Assembly: GCA_002269645.1 (NCBI GenBank)
Contig: NIVC01000545.1
Coordinates: 134,488-198,487, forward strand
Origin: Macrostomum lignano
Taxonomy: Eukaryota
Direction: 5' to 3'
DNA: 64,000 bases
The position numbers and the translations under genes are program-made. Shown piece after piece: positions 16,681 through 29,638 of this stretch; the stretch's first letter is position 1; each line of letters opens with the position of its first letter. The notes beneath the pieces were generated by a model that ran no database searches, was not told where the DNA came from, and saw only the letters and a program-made list of their open reading frames with translations.

Positions 16681-16845
16681 GCATCCCTATTCTTCTCTCT
16701 CACTCAGGACCACCATGGTATAACGTGACGTAAAACTCAAAGATCGCGTAATTAATTCAGCGTTCGATTTCCTGGAGAAATACACTGCGAAGATATAAGA
16801 AAACATATTTTTTTCATCACACAATCCGTGATCTGGGGGCAGTAA

Positions 16846-18699
16846 AGATTTTGTTGTTGTTGTTAAACGGGGGTGGAAAGCTTAGCTGCCCGCGGATCAG
16901 CCCGGGGTGGGCTCTGCCGCTGGGGGGCACTACCAGGGGCCAAGGCATTAGCTGTCCAGGGCCCGAGATACCCCATGGAAACAATTGGATTGGACCCAGC
17001 TTAAAGCTAGGGAAAGGGCGAGTTGACCCAAGCCTACGGTACAAGACACCGCCAACCCAAACAGTGGAATCAGGGACGGTGCTAGGACCGAGTCCACCCA
17101 GGCCACCCCCCCAGCTAGCGAGTCCTCGGGAGTGCGCAGAAAAATTGGAGAGCGAAAAGCTATTTAGAAAGCGGTCCGAGTGAGGAGTTACTCCTAAACC
17201 TACGGAAATGGCTTTAAGCTATTGGAGCGAGTCTGGGCAGCTAATTACCAAGAGCGATCCTATACAGGGTCTTGGCCCCCTGAAGGTCTCGAGCCTCAAG
17301 GCTTTTCACTACCCAGCTCTATTTTGGAGTGAGTCTGGAAGGCTTGTATCCGAGGGGGAGACTCCAGGCGGACCTACGACGCCTCTATTGCTACCAACCC
17401 AAGGGCATCGCCTATCCAGCTCATTATTGGGGGCCAGGCCAAGGGGTCGGGAGAAGAGGCACCCAGGGCAAGAGGACTCCGGACTCAGCCGGTTGTCCCC
17501 GGTTCGGGACGAACATCCTTCCCAGGACACCAATCCACTGTCACTGTCAGGATGAGAGCCAGAGACACGCAAGCAGGGACCTTACAGCAGGAGCCAGGAG
17601 ATGGACCCGAGGACAGGGCAAGATGGACCGGGCAAGGGCAGAGCTCATAACTCCAAAGAAATTGGGTTTGGCTCAAGGCCTAATAAAGCTAAAAACAAGA
17701 TAAAAGCAGGGGATAAAACCGCGCTGGGATGCCAGCCCAAAAAAAAAGATTGGCAGAAAGGAGGAGCACCATAGCCCTAAAGCAGGCAGCTTGCCGACCT
17801 GCAGCCCGGGTGCTCAGCCTCAGGGCTGGCATGCTACTGGGTCTACCGTACACCTTTGTGAATTGGTCGTTCTTTCCTGCAGGGCGGGTACGACCGGGGG
17901 GCTCAGTCCCGTCCTAGCCACACTGCAGTCCAGAGAACCTACTCACTCCGGGCACCACCCCCCCCTAAACCAAGGCCGAGGGCCAAAGAATTGGAAAGTA
18001 CACCTAAGAAAAATAGGGTTTGTTTTTAGATGGGCACAGCCCCTCCGGGGCGGACCCTTAGAAATTGGCATAGCCAATCGGATTGCGCACAACCCTTAGA
18101 CAAGCTGCCAGAGAGGCAACCAGGGTAAAAACAGTCAGAGACCGTCTTTACGATTTTACGATTTTAGAACAGATTTTGTTGTTGTTAAACGGGGGTGGGA
18201 AGCTTAGCTACCCGCGGATCAGCCCGGGGTGGGCTCTGCTGCTGGGGGGCACTACCAGGGGCCAAGGCATTAGCTGTCCAGGGCCCGAGATACCCCATGG
18301 AAACTATTGGATTGGACCCAACTTAAAGCTAGGGAAAGGGCGAGTGACCCAAGCCTACGGTACAAGACACCGCCAACCCAAACAGTGGAATCAGGGACGG
18401 TGCTAGGACCGAGTCCACCCAGGCCACCCCCCCAGCTAGCGAGTCCTCGGGAGTGCGCAGAAAAATTGGAGAGCGAAAAGCTATTAAGAAAGCGGTCCGA
18501 GTGAGGAGTTACTCCTAAACCTACGGAAATGGCTTTTTCTTTTTGGAGCGAGTCTGGGCAGCTAATTACCAAGAGCGATCCTATACAGGGGGTTCAGGAG
18601 CCCTGAAGGTCTCGAGCCTCAAGGCTTTTCACTACCCAGCTCTATTTTGGAGTGAGTCTGGAAGGCTTGTATCCGAGGGGGAGGGGTATCCGAGATTTT
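16846..18699. mobile_element. Unclassified non-coding element with ~515-bp terminal direct repeats
   Basis: 16846-17360 is nearly identical to 18171-18683. Both copies begin AGATTTT(GTT)nAAACGGGGG, and AGATTTT recurs at 18693-18699. The ~810-bp internal region has no recognisable protein. Confidence 0.6.
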
Positions 18700-19576
18700 A
18701 CTGTTCTATTAATTTTAAGCATGCATATCATGTTACTCTGTAATATTTTATGTAGCTGTTTAGTAAAAGCTTCATTTTCATATTGTTTTCCTTTTACTTC
18801 ATAATAAGCCAAAAGCATGTAGGAACTAATAAGTGTTCAAATGGAATTAGAGCTACAAAAATGGTTTTACAGTGCCCTGAATGCAATATTTTTATTCTAA
18901 ATATTCTTGATTTAAGAGGGAATAAAATTTTGTGATACTCGTAATTCTTTCCACTTTGTGAGTATTTACAGCAATCACCGATTACATGATGAAAAAATGG
19001 CCTTCAAAATAATTACATGATTTTTGAGTTTTACAGGGATTACAGAAATCAGGTGGAGATCCAAACTGCAATTGTAGCCGGCTGAAGTGCATTTATATTG
19101 CAGCAACCTTGGATTCACTCCGGTGTCCATAGCCATAACAAAACTAACACGTGAAATAATTGGCAATAAAAATGATTGCCTCACTACTGACAGTAACTTC
19201 AGTCAGGAGATATAAAGTTCTTTGGGGCGCCGTTATTTTTATAACGGGGATTATATCGGATAAAAATCAGAATCTGGGTTCAAATTCTGCTAATAAAATC
19301 TGCTGGATAAGCGAACAGAACTGAGCCGTGTCCTGGTTGTCTAACTAGACCAGTGCTGCATTATAATTAGTTACTTTCGGCTCGTCTGCTTCTCTCTCTC
19401 TCTCTCTCTCTGTGTATCAAACCAAATGTGAAAAAAGTAAAGTTGCGCCTACTTTCAAGCTTAAAGGCTGCACTAACAATGACGAATCTCTGGTGCATCA
19501 TACTCTCTTACCCCTGCCTCATCTCATGCCTCACCTCTGCCTCTGTCTATTCTCCTTGAACTTTTGTCTCCATCCC

Positions 19577-20304
19577 TTCACTGTGTCTACTCTCCCTCTC
19601 TTCACTTTGCCTACTCTCCCTCTCTTCACTGTGTCTACTCTCCCTCTCTTCACTTTGCCTACTCTCCCTCTCTTCACTGTGTCTACTCTCCATCTCTTCA
19701 CTGTGCCTACTCTCCATCTCTTCACTGTGTCTACTCTCCCTCTCTTCACTGTGCCTACTCTCCATCTCTTTACTGTGTCTACTCTCCCTCTCTTCACTGT
19801 GTCTACTCTCCCTCTCTTCACTGTGTCTACTCTCCCTCTCTTCACTGTGTCTACTCTCCCTCTCTTCACTGTGTCTACTCTCCCTCTCTTCACTGTGTCT
19901 ACTCTCCATCTCTTCACTGTGTCTACTCTCCCTCTCTTCACTGTGTCTACTCTCCATCTCTTCACTGTGTCTACTCTCCCTCTCTTCACTGTGTCTACTC
20001 TCCCTCTCTTCACTGTGTCTACTCTCCCTCTCTTCACTGTGTCTACTCTCCATCTCTTCACTGTGTCTACTCTCCCTCTCTTTACTGTGTCTACTCTCCC
20101 TCTCTTCACTGTGTCTACTCTCCCTCTCTTCACTGTGTCTACTCTCCCTCTCTTCACTGTGTCTACTCTCCCTCTCTTCACTGTGTCTACTCTCCATCTC
20201 TTCACTGTGTCTACTCTCCCTCTCTTTACTGTGTCTACTCTCCCTCTCTTCACTGTGTCTACTCTCCCTCTCTTCACTGTGTCTACTCTCCCTCTCTTCA
20301 CTCC
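19577..20304. repeat. 24-bp minisatellite TTCACTGTGTCTACTCTCCCTCTC (~30 units)
   Basis: Tandem units are directly visible and explain the overlapping repetitive ORFs on both strands. Confidence 0.95.
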
Positions 20305-20914
20305 ACTCTCCATCTCTTTACCCCGCCTGCCCGCACCGCGCTGTCCCGACATCCCGGCACTTGACTCTCCCATTTCTGCTGCATGTTACCCACAGGTCAC
20401 TCGAGACGGGCACAGCGTGGAATCTCTACCTGCACAAATGCCGGCTGTCCACTGCTTCCCGCCCTCTTCCCTCTCTTACCTGTCTGTTACCCGCAAGTAG
20501 GAGAAGTCGCAGGCCTGCACAAGAAAGCAGTTCCCACTGCAACCTGTCCGAAAGAGAAAAAATTCTAAAAGCCAAGACAAATCTTCCGGCCCTCTTGAGA
20601 GCAAATGCAGCTCAGACTGCAAGAAAGAGCACTCAAAGCCGCCGCTTGCACACTGTAATCTGCAGCGGACAAGAGTACTTGAGTACCTACGAGCCTGTAT
20701 TGCCTGCCTCCTGGCACACAAAGAAGGACACGCGGTGAAAAAACACCGGAGACCTTGATTTCTCCACTCAGCTCAAGTCTGATTTTCCACCGGCTCGGGA
20801 CCCGCTAGCAATGCTAAAAGGCATTGTTCGACCCGGAAATTGCATGCCCAGCCGCCTGAGTCTCTCAAAAAGAAAGATGCTTATCTCTCTCATCTGTGAC
20901 TGATCACTGCTTGG

Positions 20915-21900
20915 GGACTGAGTCTGCGCCTCATCACTCCCAGTCTCCGCCCCTCTGTGAGCTGAGCTCATTCTGAGTCTGCGCCTCATCACTCCCAGTC
21001 TCCGCCCCTCTGTGAGCTGAGCTCATTCTGAGTCTGCGCCTCATCACTCCCAGTCTCCGCCCCTCCTTGAGCCGAGCTCATTCTGAGTCTTCGCCTCATC
21101 ATTCCCAGTCTCCGCCCCTTTATGAACTGAGCTCAATCTTGGTCTTCGCCTCATCACTCCCAGTCTCCGCCCCTCTGTGAGCTGAGCTCATTCTGAGTCT
21201 GCGCCTCATCACTCCCAGTCTCCGCCCCTCCTTGAGCCGAGCCCATTCTGAGTCTTCGCCTCATCATTCCCAGTCTCCGCCCCTTTATGAACTGAGCTCA
21301 ATCTTGGTCTTCGCCTCATCATTCCCAGTCTCCGCCCCTTCTGTGAGCTGAGCTCATTCTGAGTCTGCGCCTCATCACTCCCAGTCTCCGCCCCTCTGTG
21401 AGCTGAGCTCATTCTTAGTCTTCGCCTCATCACTCCCAGTCTCCGCCCTTCTGTGAGCTGAGCTCATTCTTAGTCTTCGCCTCATCATTCCCAGTCTCCG
21501 CCCCTTCTGTGAGCTGAGCTCATTCTGAGTCTGCGCCTCATCACTCCCAGTCTCCGCCCTTCTGTGAGCTGAGCTCATTCTTAGTCTTCGCCTCATCACT
21601 CCCAGTCTCCGCCCTTCTGTGAGCTGAGCTCATTCTTAGTCTTCGCCTCATCATTCCCAGTCTCCGCCCCTCTGTGAGCTGAGCTCATTCTGAGTCTGCG
21701 CCTCATCACTCCCAGTCTCCGCCCCTCTGTGAGTTGAGCTCATTCTGAGTCTGCGCCTCATCACTCCCAGTCTCCGCCCCTCTGTGAGCTGAGCTCATTC
21801 TGAGTCTGCGCCTCATCATTCCCAGTCTCCTCCCCTTTATGAACTGAGCTCAATCTTAGTCTGCGCCTCATCACTCCCAGTCTCTGCCCCTCTCTGAGCT
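20915..21900. repeat. ~55-bp minisatellite (GAGCTGAGCTCATTCTGAGTCTGCGCCTCATCACTCCCAGTCTCCGCCCCTCTGT)
   Basis: Unit starts at 20959 and 21014; about 18 variant units. Confidence 0.95.
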
Positions 21901-22479
21901 TGTAGGTCAGTATCCCGCCCCCTCAGTCTGAGAAGCAGCCCCAGAGCTCAGATGCAATCAGTTGAGTAGGGGGGGGGGCGGTCATTCAGCCATCTCTTCA
22001 AGGCTGTTTCTCATCCCGCTACTCTTCCACAGCAGGCCCAGAGCATATCGACATGTTTGATAAAAGCAACCTTTGCTGAACATCAGCTTAACATAAATAC
22101 CGGAGCCTGTTGTGGCCTTGCAGCCCCTCATTGGCTTCAATGAGTTGGTACGGGCGTAGCTTTAACTGACAGGCGTGGAGGGGAGAGGTTGGCGGGGATT
22201 AAGCAGATTTACGCAGATCAAGTCTTGGCTTTTTTCTCGGGTCTGAAAACTGGACGAGTTCCTGAGAGCAGTGATTTGCGATGCCCCGCGCATGATCAGC
22301 GGTGCTGCATTTTTTGCGCGCGGCCGAGGGCGCGAGAGTTGGCCGAGAGCGGCCAGAGCTCAGCTTTCCATTTGCATTTGCAGTGAGAGAGGAGTAGCGC
22401 GGGTCTGAGGCTTCACTGGCCCCCGAATTACCGCTTGTGCCTCCTGCTCAGTTACTGGGTTAGGGCGGGGTAGGGGCAA

Positions 22480-22491
22480 ACAGACAGAATG

Positions 22492-22527
<36 letters not shown>

Positions 22528-22596
22528 CACAGACAGACATACAGACAGACAGACAGACACACAGACACACAGACAGACAGACAGACAGACAGAATG

Positions 22597-22630
<34 letters not shown>

Positions 22631-22637
22631 AAGAATG

Positions 22638-22709
<72 letters not shown>

Positions 22710-22870
22710 GTCAGTCAGTCAGTCAGTCAGTCAGTCAGTCAGTCAGTCAGTCAGTCAGTCAGTCAGTCAGTCAGTCAGTCAGTCAGTCAGTCAGCCAGTC
22801 AGTCAGTCAGTCAGTCAGACAGACAGACAGACAGACAGACTGACAGACAGACAGACAGACACACAGACAC

Positions 22871-22969
<99 letters not shown>

Positions 22970-22972
22970 GGC

Positions 22973-23032
<60 letters not shown>
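22480..23032. repeat. Compound (GACA)n-(GTCA)n-(GACA)n microsatellite
   Basis: Directly visible. Confidence 0.97.
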
Positions 23033-23033
<1 letters not shown>

Positions 23034-23651
23034 CGCACGCGCATAAACAAGCTGTTTGCGAAAGTAAAATGAAAGAAGGTTAATCTTCAATTCTGTCAGC
23101 AACTGCGAGTCTTTCATCACTGATCCGCACAGTGTTTAATTAAAACACGGAGAGGATAAGCTTATCCAAAACCGCGGGGTTTTTTAGCTAATTCTCTTAA
23201 ATCCGCAAGTGAAGCAGGCAGCCTTCACAAAACCTACAGTGGCTGAAGCAAGCAGTTCGTGAATGACTATAGCTTGTGTATAAACAGATTCAGTCAGTGA
23301 GAGAAAAGACAACAGATCAAAAGTGTGCCGCACTGTCTGCACTGAGGTGACATCAATATTGAGGGGTACTGGAACACACAGAACAAATTCCATAGGTGAT
23401 AGGTAGGGAAGTAATAAGGGAAAAAAACTACACCAAGTAATTTTCTTTTTTAAACATCAAAAACCGAGCAAAAACGCGCAGTAGCCATTGTGCAGCGGCA
23501 TGCGTTAAAAAATAACTAGGAAAACAGAAGCTGCGCATTGAAACTGGGCGAAACTTGTCTTTTCAGGTGCGCTAATTTGTTATCTACTGCCAGGGAAAAA
23601 CATAGATTTAGGGAGAAACATTGCTTGGTTTTGGAGGAGGTGATACCGAAA

Positions 23652-24862
23652 CAAGGACCACTGACAGCAACAGGATCTGACACTGCGACAGATAGCGAAC
23701 CAAGGACCACTGACAGCAACAGGATCTGACACTGCGACAGATAGCGAACCAAGGACCACTGACAGCAACAGGATCTGACACTGCGACAGATAGCGAATCA
23801 AGGACCACTGATAGCGACAGGATCTGACACTGCGACAGATAGCGAATCAAGGACCACTGATAGCGACAGGATCTGACACTGCGACAGATAGCGAATCAAG
23901 GACCACTGATAGCGACAGGATCTGACACTGCGACAGATAGCGAACCAAGGACCACTGATAGTAACAGGATCTGACACTGCGACAGATAGCGAACCAAGGA
24001 CCACTGATAGTAACAGGATCTGACACTGCGACAGATAGCGAACCAAGGACCACTGATAGTAACAGGATCTGACACTGCGACAGATAGCGAACCAAGGACC
24101 ACTGACAGCAACAGGATCTGACACTGCTACAGATAGCAAACCAAGGACCACTGACAGCAACAGGATCTGACACTGCGACAGATAGCGAATCAAGGACCAC
24201 TGATAGTAACAGGATCTGACACTGCGACAGATAGCGAACCAAGGACCACTGATAGTAACAGGATCTGACACTGCGACAGATAGCGAACCAAGGACCACTG
24301 ATAGTAACAGGATCTGACACTGCGACAGATAGCGAACCAAGGACCACTGACAGCAACAGGATCTGACACTGCTACAGATAGCAAACCAAGGACCACTGAC
24401 AGCAACAGGATCTGACACTGCGACAGATAGCGAATCAAGGACCACTGATAGTAACAGGATCTGACACTGCGACAGATAGCGAACCAAGGACCACTGACAG
24501 CAACAGGATCTGACACTGCGACAGATAGCGAATCAAGGACCACTGATAGTAACAGGATCTGACACTGCGACAGATAGCGAACCAAGGACCACTGACAGCA
24601 ACAGGATCTGACACTGCTACAGATAGCAAACCAAGGACCACTGACAGCAACAGGATCTGACACTGCGACAGATAGCGAATCAAGGACCACTGATAGTAAC
24701 AGGATCTGACACTGCGACAGATAGCGAACCAAGGACCACTGATAGTAACAGGATCTGACACTGCGACAGATAGCGAATCAAGGACCACTGATAGTAACAG
24801 GATCTGACACTGCGACAGATAGCGAATCAAGGACCACTGACAGTAACAGGATCTGAGACTGC
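23652..24862. repeat. 49-bp minisatellite (CAAGGACCACTGACAGCAACAGGATCTGACACTGCGACAGATAGCGAAC), ~24 units
   Basis: The unit length is not a multiple of 3, which produces frame-cycling ORFs. Confidence 0.97.
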
Positions 24863-25337
24863 GCAAATACAGAAAATTGACTTTTTATGAATCGAATTTC
24901 TCAGCAAAATGCTATTGTGTTCCATGTTTGCCTGGAAGCTTGGCTATTAGACCGGAATTATTTCAGTCAGTTTCGGTTGTTTCAGTTCATTCCCATTTTG
25001 TTTCCGGTCTCCTTTTATGCTTAGATAAGTCAGTCACACATCACATCAGCATACAGTAGGCTCGCAGCCAGCTAGGAGGCATCTGTGCCTCGGGCGATGG
25101 CCCTCATGGGCTGAATCGCACAACCATCCCAAGGCCAAGAGTACTTGGACGAGCCCCAATTTATTGTGGCCGCGTACAGAATCGAACCTAAGTTCTGTGG
25201 CGCGGAAGTCAGTTGCGGAGGTGGAGTGAATGCATTTTGAAGCGAAGTTGTATCTAAAAAAATCTACATGATTTTGAATTTGTGTCCTACTATGCGTCCT
25301 TGTGAACTGTTCGCTCTGAACTGTCAGACTCGGCTGC

Positions 25338-26597
25338 CTACTTCGCCGTAGCGTGTGTCAGAGCCGCCCTCGTCGCCCCTCCTCTGCCAGCCGCGGCGCG
25401 GCCGTTGCCCCGGCAGAAGATGCGCCGCAGGTCGTCTCTGAAGTTGGCGTTCATGAAGCAGTAGATGATGGGGTTGGTGGCGTGCGCCATGTAGTACAGG
25501 TAGAAGATCAGCAGGCTGAAGGGCGCCAGGCCGACGATCATGAGGGCGGCCGGGACAAAAGTACAGGCGAACACGACGGCCACGACGAACAGCATAGCCG
25601 CGGTCTTCAGGTTCTGCATCGCGTCGCTGTCCCGCGACGGCAGCACCGAGCGGCGTCGCTTCTTCATCGGCAAGTGCTCCTGCTGCTCCTGCTGCTCCTG
25701 CTGCTCCTGCTGCTGCTGCTCGCTGTGGTGGCCGTGGGCGTCGGCTTCTTCGTCTGGAGCCACCTCAACGTGATCGGCTGCTGGGCTGGCCGTGGTCGGA
25801 GCCGCCTCGTCTCCGGGCGTTGAGCGCCGCGGGTTGAGCCGCTGCTGGCCTTTGAGCTCGCGACGTTTGCGCCGCATGGCCAGCACGGAGCGGTAGATGC
25901 AGACGTAGAGCGCCACGACCAGCGAGATGCAGATGCCGAACAGGGAAACGTGCACCCGCTGGAACACGTGGAAGAAGGCCAAGCTGGCGTCGGAGACGTG
26001 CAGAGCGCTGGAGTTTAGCTTCTTGATGTCGTTGATCTCCTTGCACTGGCCCTGGCTGGCGTACTGCCAGGTGCCGTTCGGGCCGGACTGGGCCACCACG
26101 CCGCTGCAGAAGGCAGCTGTGGTGACGCCGAGGGCCAGAGCCAGGCCGCCCAGGCTGAGCACAATTGCTCGAGCTCTGGGCAGGGTGATGGCGCGCAAGA
26201 AGGGCCGGCAGATGCAGAAGTACCGATCAACTGCGATGGCCGACATCAGCATGCAGCTGAACGGGATGCCGCTGGCGTTCACCAGGTAGTAGAGCTTGCA
26301 GACGATCAGGTGAGTGCGGAAGTCCACCAGCTCCATGAATAGCGTCATGGGAATCACCAGGGTGCAGGCGATCATGTCGGAAGCGGCCAGGGACAGGATG
26401 AAGATGTTGGCCGTCTGTTTGTCCTTCTTCTGCGAGTAGACGTAGAGCACCACCGAGTTGCCGATGGAGCCGATGATGCTGATTGTCACCAGCTCGGCGT
26501 AGGAGATCAGCCGGATGGTGCGGCTGATCTCGCCGGCTTCGAGCTCTGCGTCCGTTGGGGCGCTCGTCGAAACGATATCAGCCACCGTTGTGTCCAT
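25338..26597 (-). CDS. Single-exon class A (rhodopsin-like) GPCR, probably of the peptide-receptor type
   Basis: Seven hydrophobic helices: GNSVV (TM1), NIFILSLAASD (TM2), CKL...AIAVDRYFCICRP (TM3, DRY), KTAAMLFVVAVVF (TM6), NPIIYCFMNANFR (TM7, NPxxY and helix 8). There is a Q/E-rich tract in ICL3. The likely start is Met 26597 (MDTTVA); the ORF extends upstream to 26669. Confidence 0.93.
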   Translation of the reverse strand: MDTTVADIVSTSAPTDAELEAGEISRTIRLISYAELVTISIIGSIGNSVVLYVYSQKKDKQTANIFILSLAASDMIACTLVIPMTLFMELVDFRTHLIVCKLYYLVNASGIPFSCMLMSAIAVDRYFCICRPFLRAITLPRARAIVLSLGGLALALGVTTAAFCSGVVAQSGPNGTWQYASQGQCKEINDIKKLNSSALHVSDASLAFFHVFQRVHVSLFGICISLVVALYVCIYRSVLAMRRKRRELKGQQRLNPRRSTPGDEAAPTTASPAADHVEVAPDEEADAHGHHSEQQQQEQQEQQEQQEHLPMKKRRRSVLPSRDSDAMQNLKTAAMLFVVAVVFACTFVPAALMIVGLAPFSLLIFYLYYMAHATNPIIYCFMNANFRDDLRRIFCRGNGRAAAGRGGATRAALTHATAK

Positions 26598-26668
26598 GTT
26601 TTTGGTGCTGATAGGAGTCTGGCAATGTCTTCTGAAATGGTTTGCGGTGGAATGATTTATTTTAAGCA

Positions 26669-27022
26669 TAGGTGTGACAGGCGGTGCTGGATTGAGTTCT
26701 AGGGCCCCCCACCAAGCGAGCGTAGGTGTGACAGGCGGTGCTGGATTGAGTTCTAGGGCCCCCCACCAAGCGAGCGTAGGTGTGACAGGCGGTGCTGGAT
26801 TGAGTTCTAGGGCCCCCCACCAAGCGAGCGTAGGTGTGACAGGCGGTGCTGGATTGAGTTCTAGGGCCCCCCACCAAGCGAGCGTAGGTGTGACAGGCGG
26901 TGCTGGATTGAGTTCTAGGGCCCCCCACCAAGCGAGCGTAGGTGTGACAGGCGGTGCTGGATTGAGTTCTAGGGCCCCCCACCAAGCGAGCGTAGGTGAC
27001 AGGCGGTGCTGGATTGAGTTCT
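26669..27022. repeat. 54-bp minisatellite (~6.5 units) abutting the GPCR 5' end
   Basis: Unit TAGGTGTGACAGGCGGTGCTGGATTGAGTTCTAGGGCCCCCCACCAAGCGAGCG starts at 26669 and 26723. Confidence 0.95.
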
Positions 27023-28262
27023 TGGGCGTTAATTGAGCCCATAGGACGCCAAGTTTGTACGCGTTCAGTCATGGAATCCAGTTGGTTACCATGGCAACAA
27101 AAATATGTACATCTGGATTATAGGTGGATTCCAAGCAAAAGCGGTCTAATAATGAGCACTAAAAAACCCACTGCAGGCAGACAGGCAGCCTCTGATCAGA
27201 TTTCGCTGTATCAAAAAGCGCCTCAGACGCTGAGATGCGGACAGAAGAATCTGGGCCTTGCGTGGGCGCTTCGCGAGTCACTTCATTAGCCGATGCCGCA
27301 GAGCCATCATTCGATTTTGAGCAGGACAAATTTCCGACGTGCCGTGACTGCATCATATTTCGCTGCTGAGATGGCGGTCCTTCCGTCAGCAACCCCCCAG
27401 CCCCTGATTTGATTATGCCAAGGATAAACATCTCTACATGCGCTTCACTCGCAGTCGTGGCAGAATTTTAAACAGCAGCACCCAGCAGCACATTGCCCGA
27501 CCCTTATAAACTTCACTGCCGCGGGAACAATCCATCAAACTTCAATGACATCCAGCGGGTCAAGTAGAAAATTGGTGCGAGAGGCAATTTTAGGCAAGAA
27601 CTTGCCAGCACAGGGGGCAGCCGAGGGTGACAACTTCAAAGCCGAGACCGAGGATGCGGCAAGAAGCCATGCGGATGTCACATTGACTCTCACGTCCTCT
27701 GCCCTCTTTGCACCCTCCTGCCCCTCCATTGTCGGTGACGAACTGTGCGATCCCCATCAGCTGAGGCTCAAAGTTAGCCGTTGACTCTGCTAGTTGCCAT
27801 GCGAAGTGATTTTTCCCAGCAGGCCGGCCCTCCTTCCCTGGTTACACGCTGGCCCTTCGCGGCAGTGGGATGCCGACTTAACGGGGATAAATTATTAATT
27901 CCCACCAGCAGACTGAGCCCCAGTCTGAGGCCCCGCAACTAAGAATGCCATCACCTGGCGCCAATGCTCCTCTTATTTCTCAAAACTTCATCCAGCAGTC
28001 AGCCCGCCTGAGAAGCGGCCTGTCAATCTGCCGCAAGTGAAAGCGGAGCCCCCAACCGGCCTACTGGGCTACTGGCGGCCTGCAGCAGGCTTTGTTCACT
28101 TTTGTCTTCTTCTCCTGGACTGAGACAGAAAATCCAAGTGGCTGCCTTCTTGTCATGCCTGTCAGTCACCCGGCTGATGTCCTGTCTGTAGCCTGCGTCT
28201 TGGACCACATTGATTGTCCACTGTTCTCTGCACCGGGACCCCGCAAACCCTTGCTTCAGTCC

Positions 28263-28570
28263 CTCACCTGCGTCCCTCCGTCTCATCCCCTCTCTCCCTC
28301 CGTCTCATCCCCTCTCTCCCTCCGTCTCACCCCCTCTCTCCCTCCGTCTCATCCCCTCTCTCCCTCCGTCTCACCCTCTCTCTCCCTTCGTCTAACCCTC
28401 TCCTCGTCTTACCTTCTCCCCGTCTCATCCTCTCCCGTCTCATCCTCTCCCGTCTCACCTTCTCCCCGTCTCACCCTCTCCCGTCTCACCCTCTCCCCGT
28501 CTCACCCTCTCCCCGTCTCACCCTCTCCCCGTCTCACCCTCTCCCCGTCTCACCCTCTCCCCGTCTCACG
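28263..28570. repeat. CT-rich degenerate repeat (CCGTCTCACCCTCTCC)
   Basis: Directly visible low-complexity tandem units. Confidence 0.85.
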
Positions 28571-29131
28571 GCCCCCCTTTGTGTCACCATGTCTCCCTAT
28601 ATTCTGACCACTTTGCTACCGCACCACCTGCTACTATCCAACTCATTCAATTCTCATATCCGCAAGCATCAAAGACTTCAGTAATAATTAATGGGTGGCA
28701 TAAATTCAGCCGCTGGGCCCTCAAAAGTCCGTCAGGTTCCTTAGCCGACTCACTCCAGTGTCCAGCCAAATTTATAATTGTTCCGGACCGTCTTTGATTG
28801 TAAATCAAACAGAGAATAAAATATGGATAAGTCCCTCACAGTGGTTGCTAGGTACAGAAATAGTCCCTCCGGCCGGACTCCAAACACATCTAGGACAAAG
28901 CCTTGAGTAGAAAAGCTCAGACTGCTTAACTCACGCCTCACTCCTTCGCCCAACCCTTTACCCCCGTATCCCCCATTTTATAATAGAGTTTGGGGCGGGC
29001 GCCCTGCTCTGGGTTAATTATCAATTCTAGATCTGACTGGATCAAGCGGCTGGCGGCCCTGTGTGACAATGGTGCTTAATTGATTAATTGGTAGGCTGAT
29101 TAAGATACATGGAAAGGAGCGCACTGATTTA

Positions 29132-29638
29132 AGAGCGCACTGATGTGAGGGCGCACTGATGTGTAAGCGCGCAATGATGTGTAAGCGCGCACTGATGTGT
29201 AAGCGCGCACTGGTGTAAGCGGGTACTGATGTAAGCGCGCACTGGTGTGCAAGTTCGCAATGATGTAAGCGGGCACTGATGTGTAAGCGCGCACTGATGT
29301 AAGCGCGAACTGCATGATGTAAGCGCGCACTGATGTAAGCGGGCACTGATGTGTAAGCGCGCACTGATGTAAGCGGGCACTGATGTGTAAGCGCGCACTG
29401 ATGTAAGCGGGCACTAATGTGTAAGCGCGCAATGATGTAAGCGGGCACTGATGTGTAAGCGCGAACTGCATGATGTAAGCGCGCACTGATGTAAGCGGGC
29501 ACTGATGTAAGCGCGAACTGCATGATGTAAGCGCGCACTGATGTAAGCGGGCACTGATGTGTAAGCGCGCACTGATGTAAGCGCGAACTGCATGATGTAA
29601 GCAAGCACTGATGTAAGCGGGCACTGATGTGTAAGCAG
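29132..29638. repeat. Degenerate minisatellite (GCGCGCACTGATGT(GT)AA)
   Basis: Directly visible 16-18-bp units. Confidence 0.9.

Noticed and set aside
23652-24862. Regular 49-bp array considered as CRISPR-like
   Set aside because: Units are contiguous with no unique spacers, there are no cas genes, and the context is eukaryotic.
19412-24866. Long repetitive ORFs (FTVSTLPL, DRQT, SVVLGSLSVAVSD and similar)
   Set aside because: Translations of 24-, 55-, 4- and 49-bp satellites with no unique domains or splice support.
27545-27784. Short ORF MTSSGSSRKLVREAILGK
   Set aside because: No recognisable domain or exon partners.
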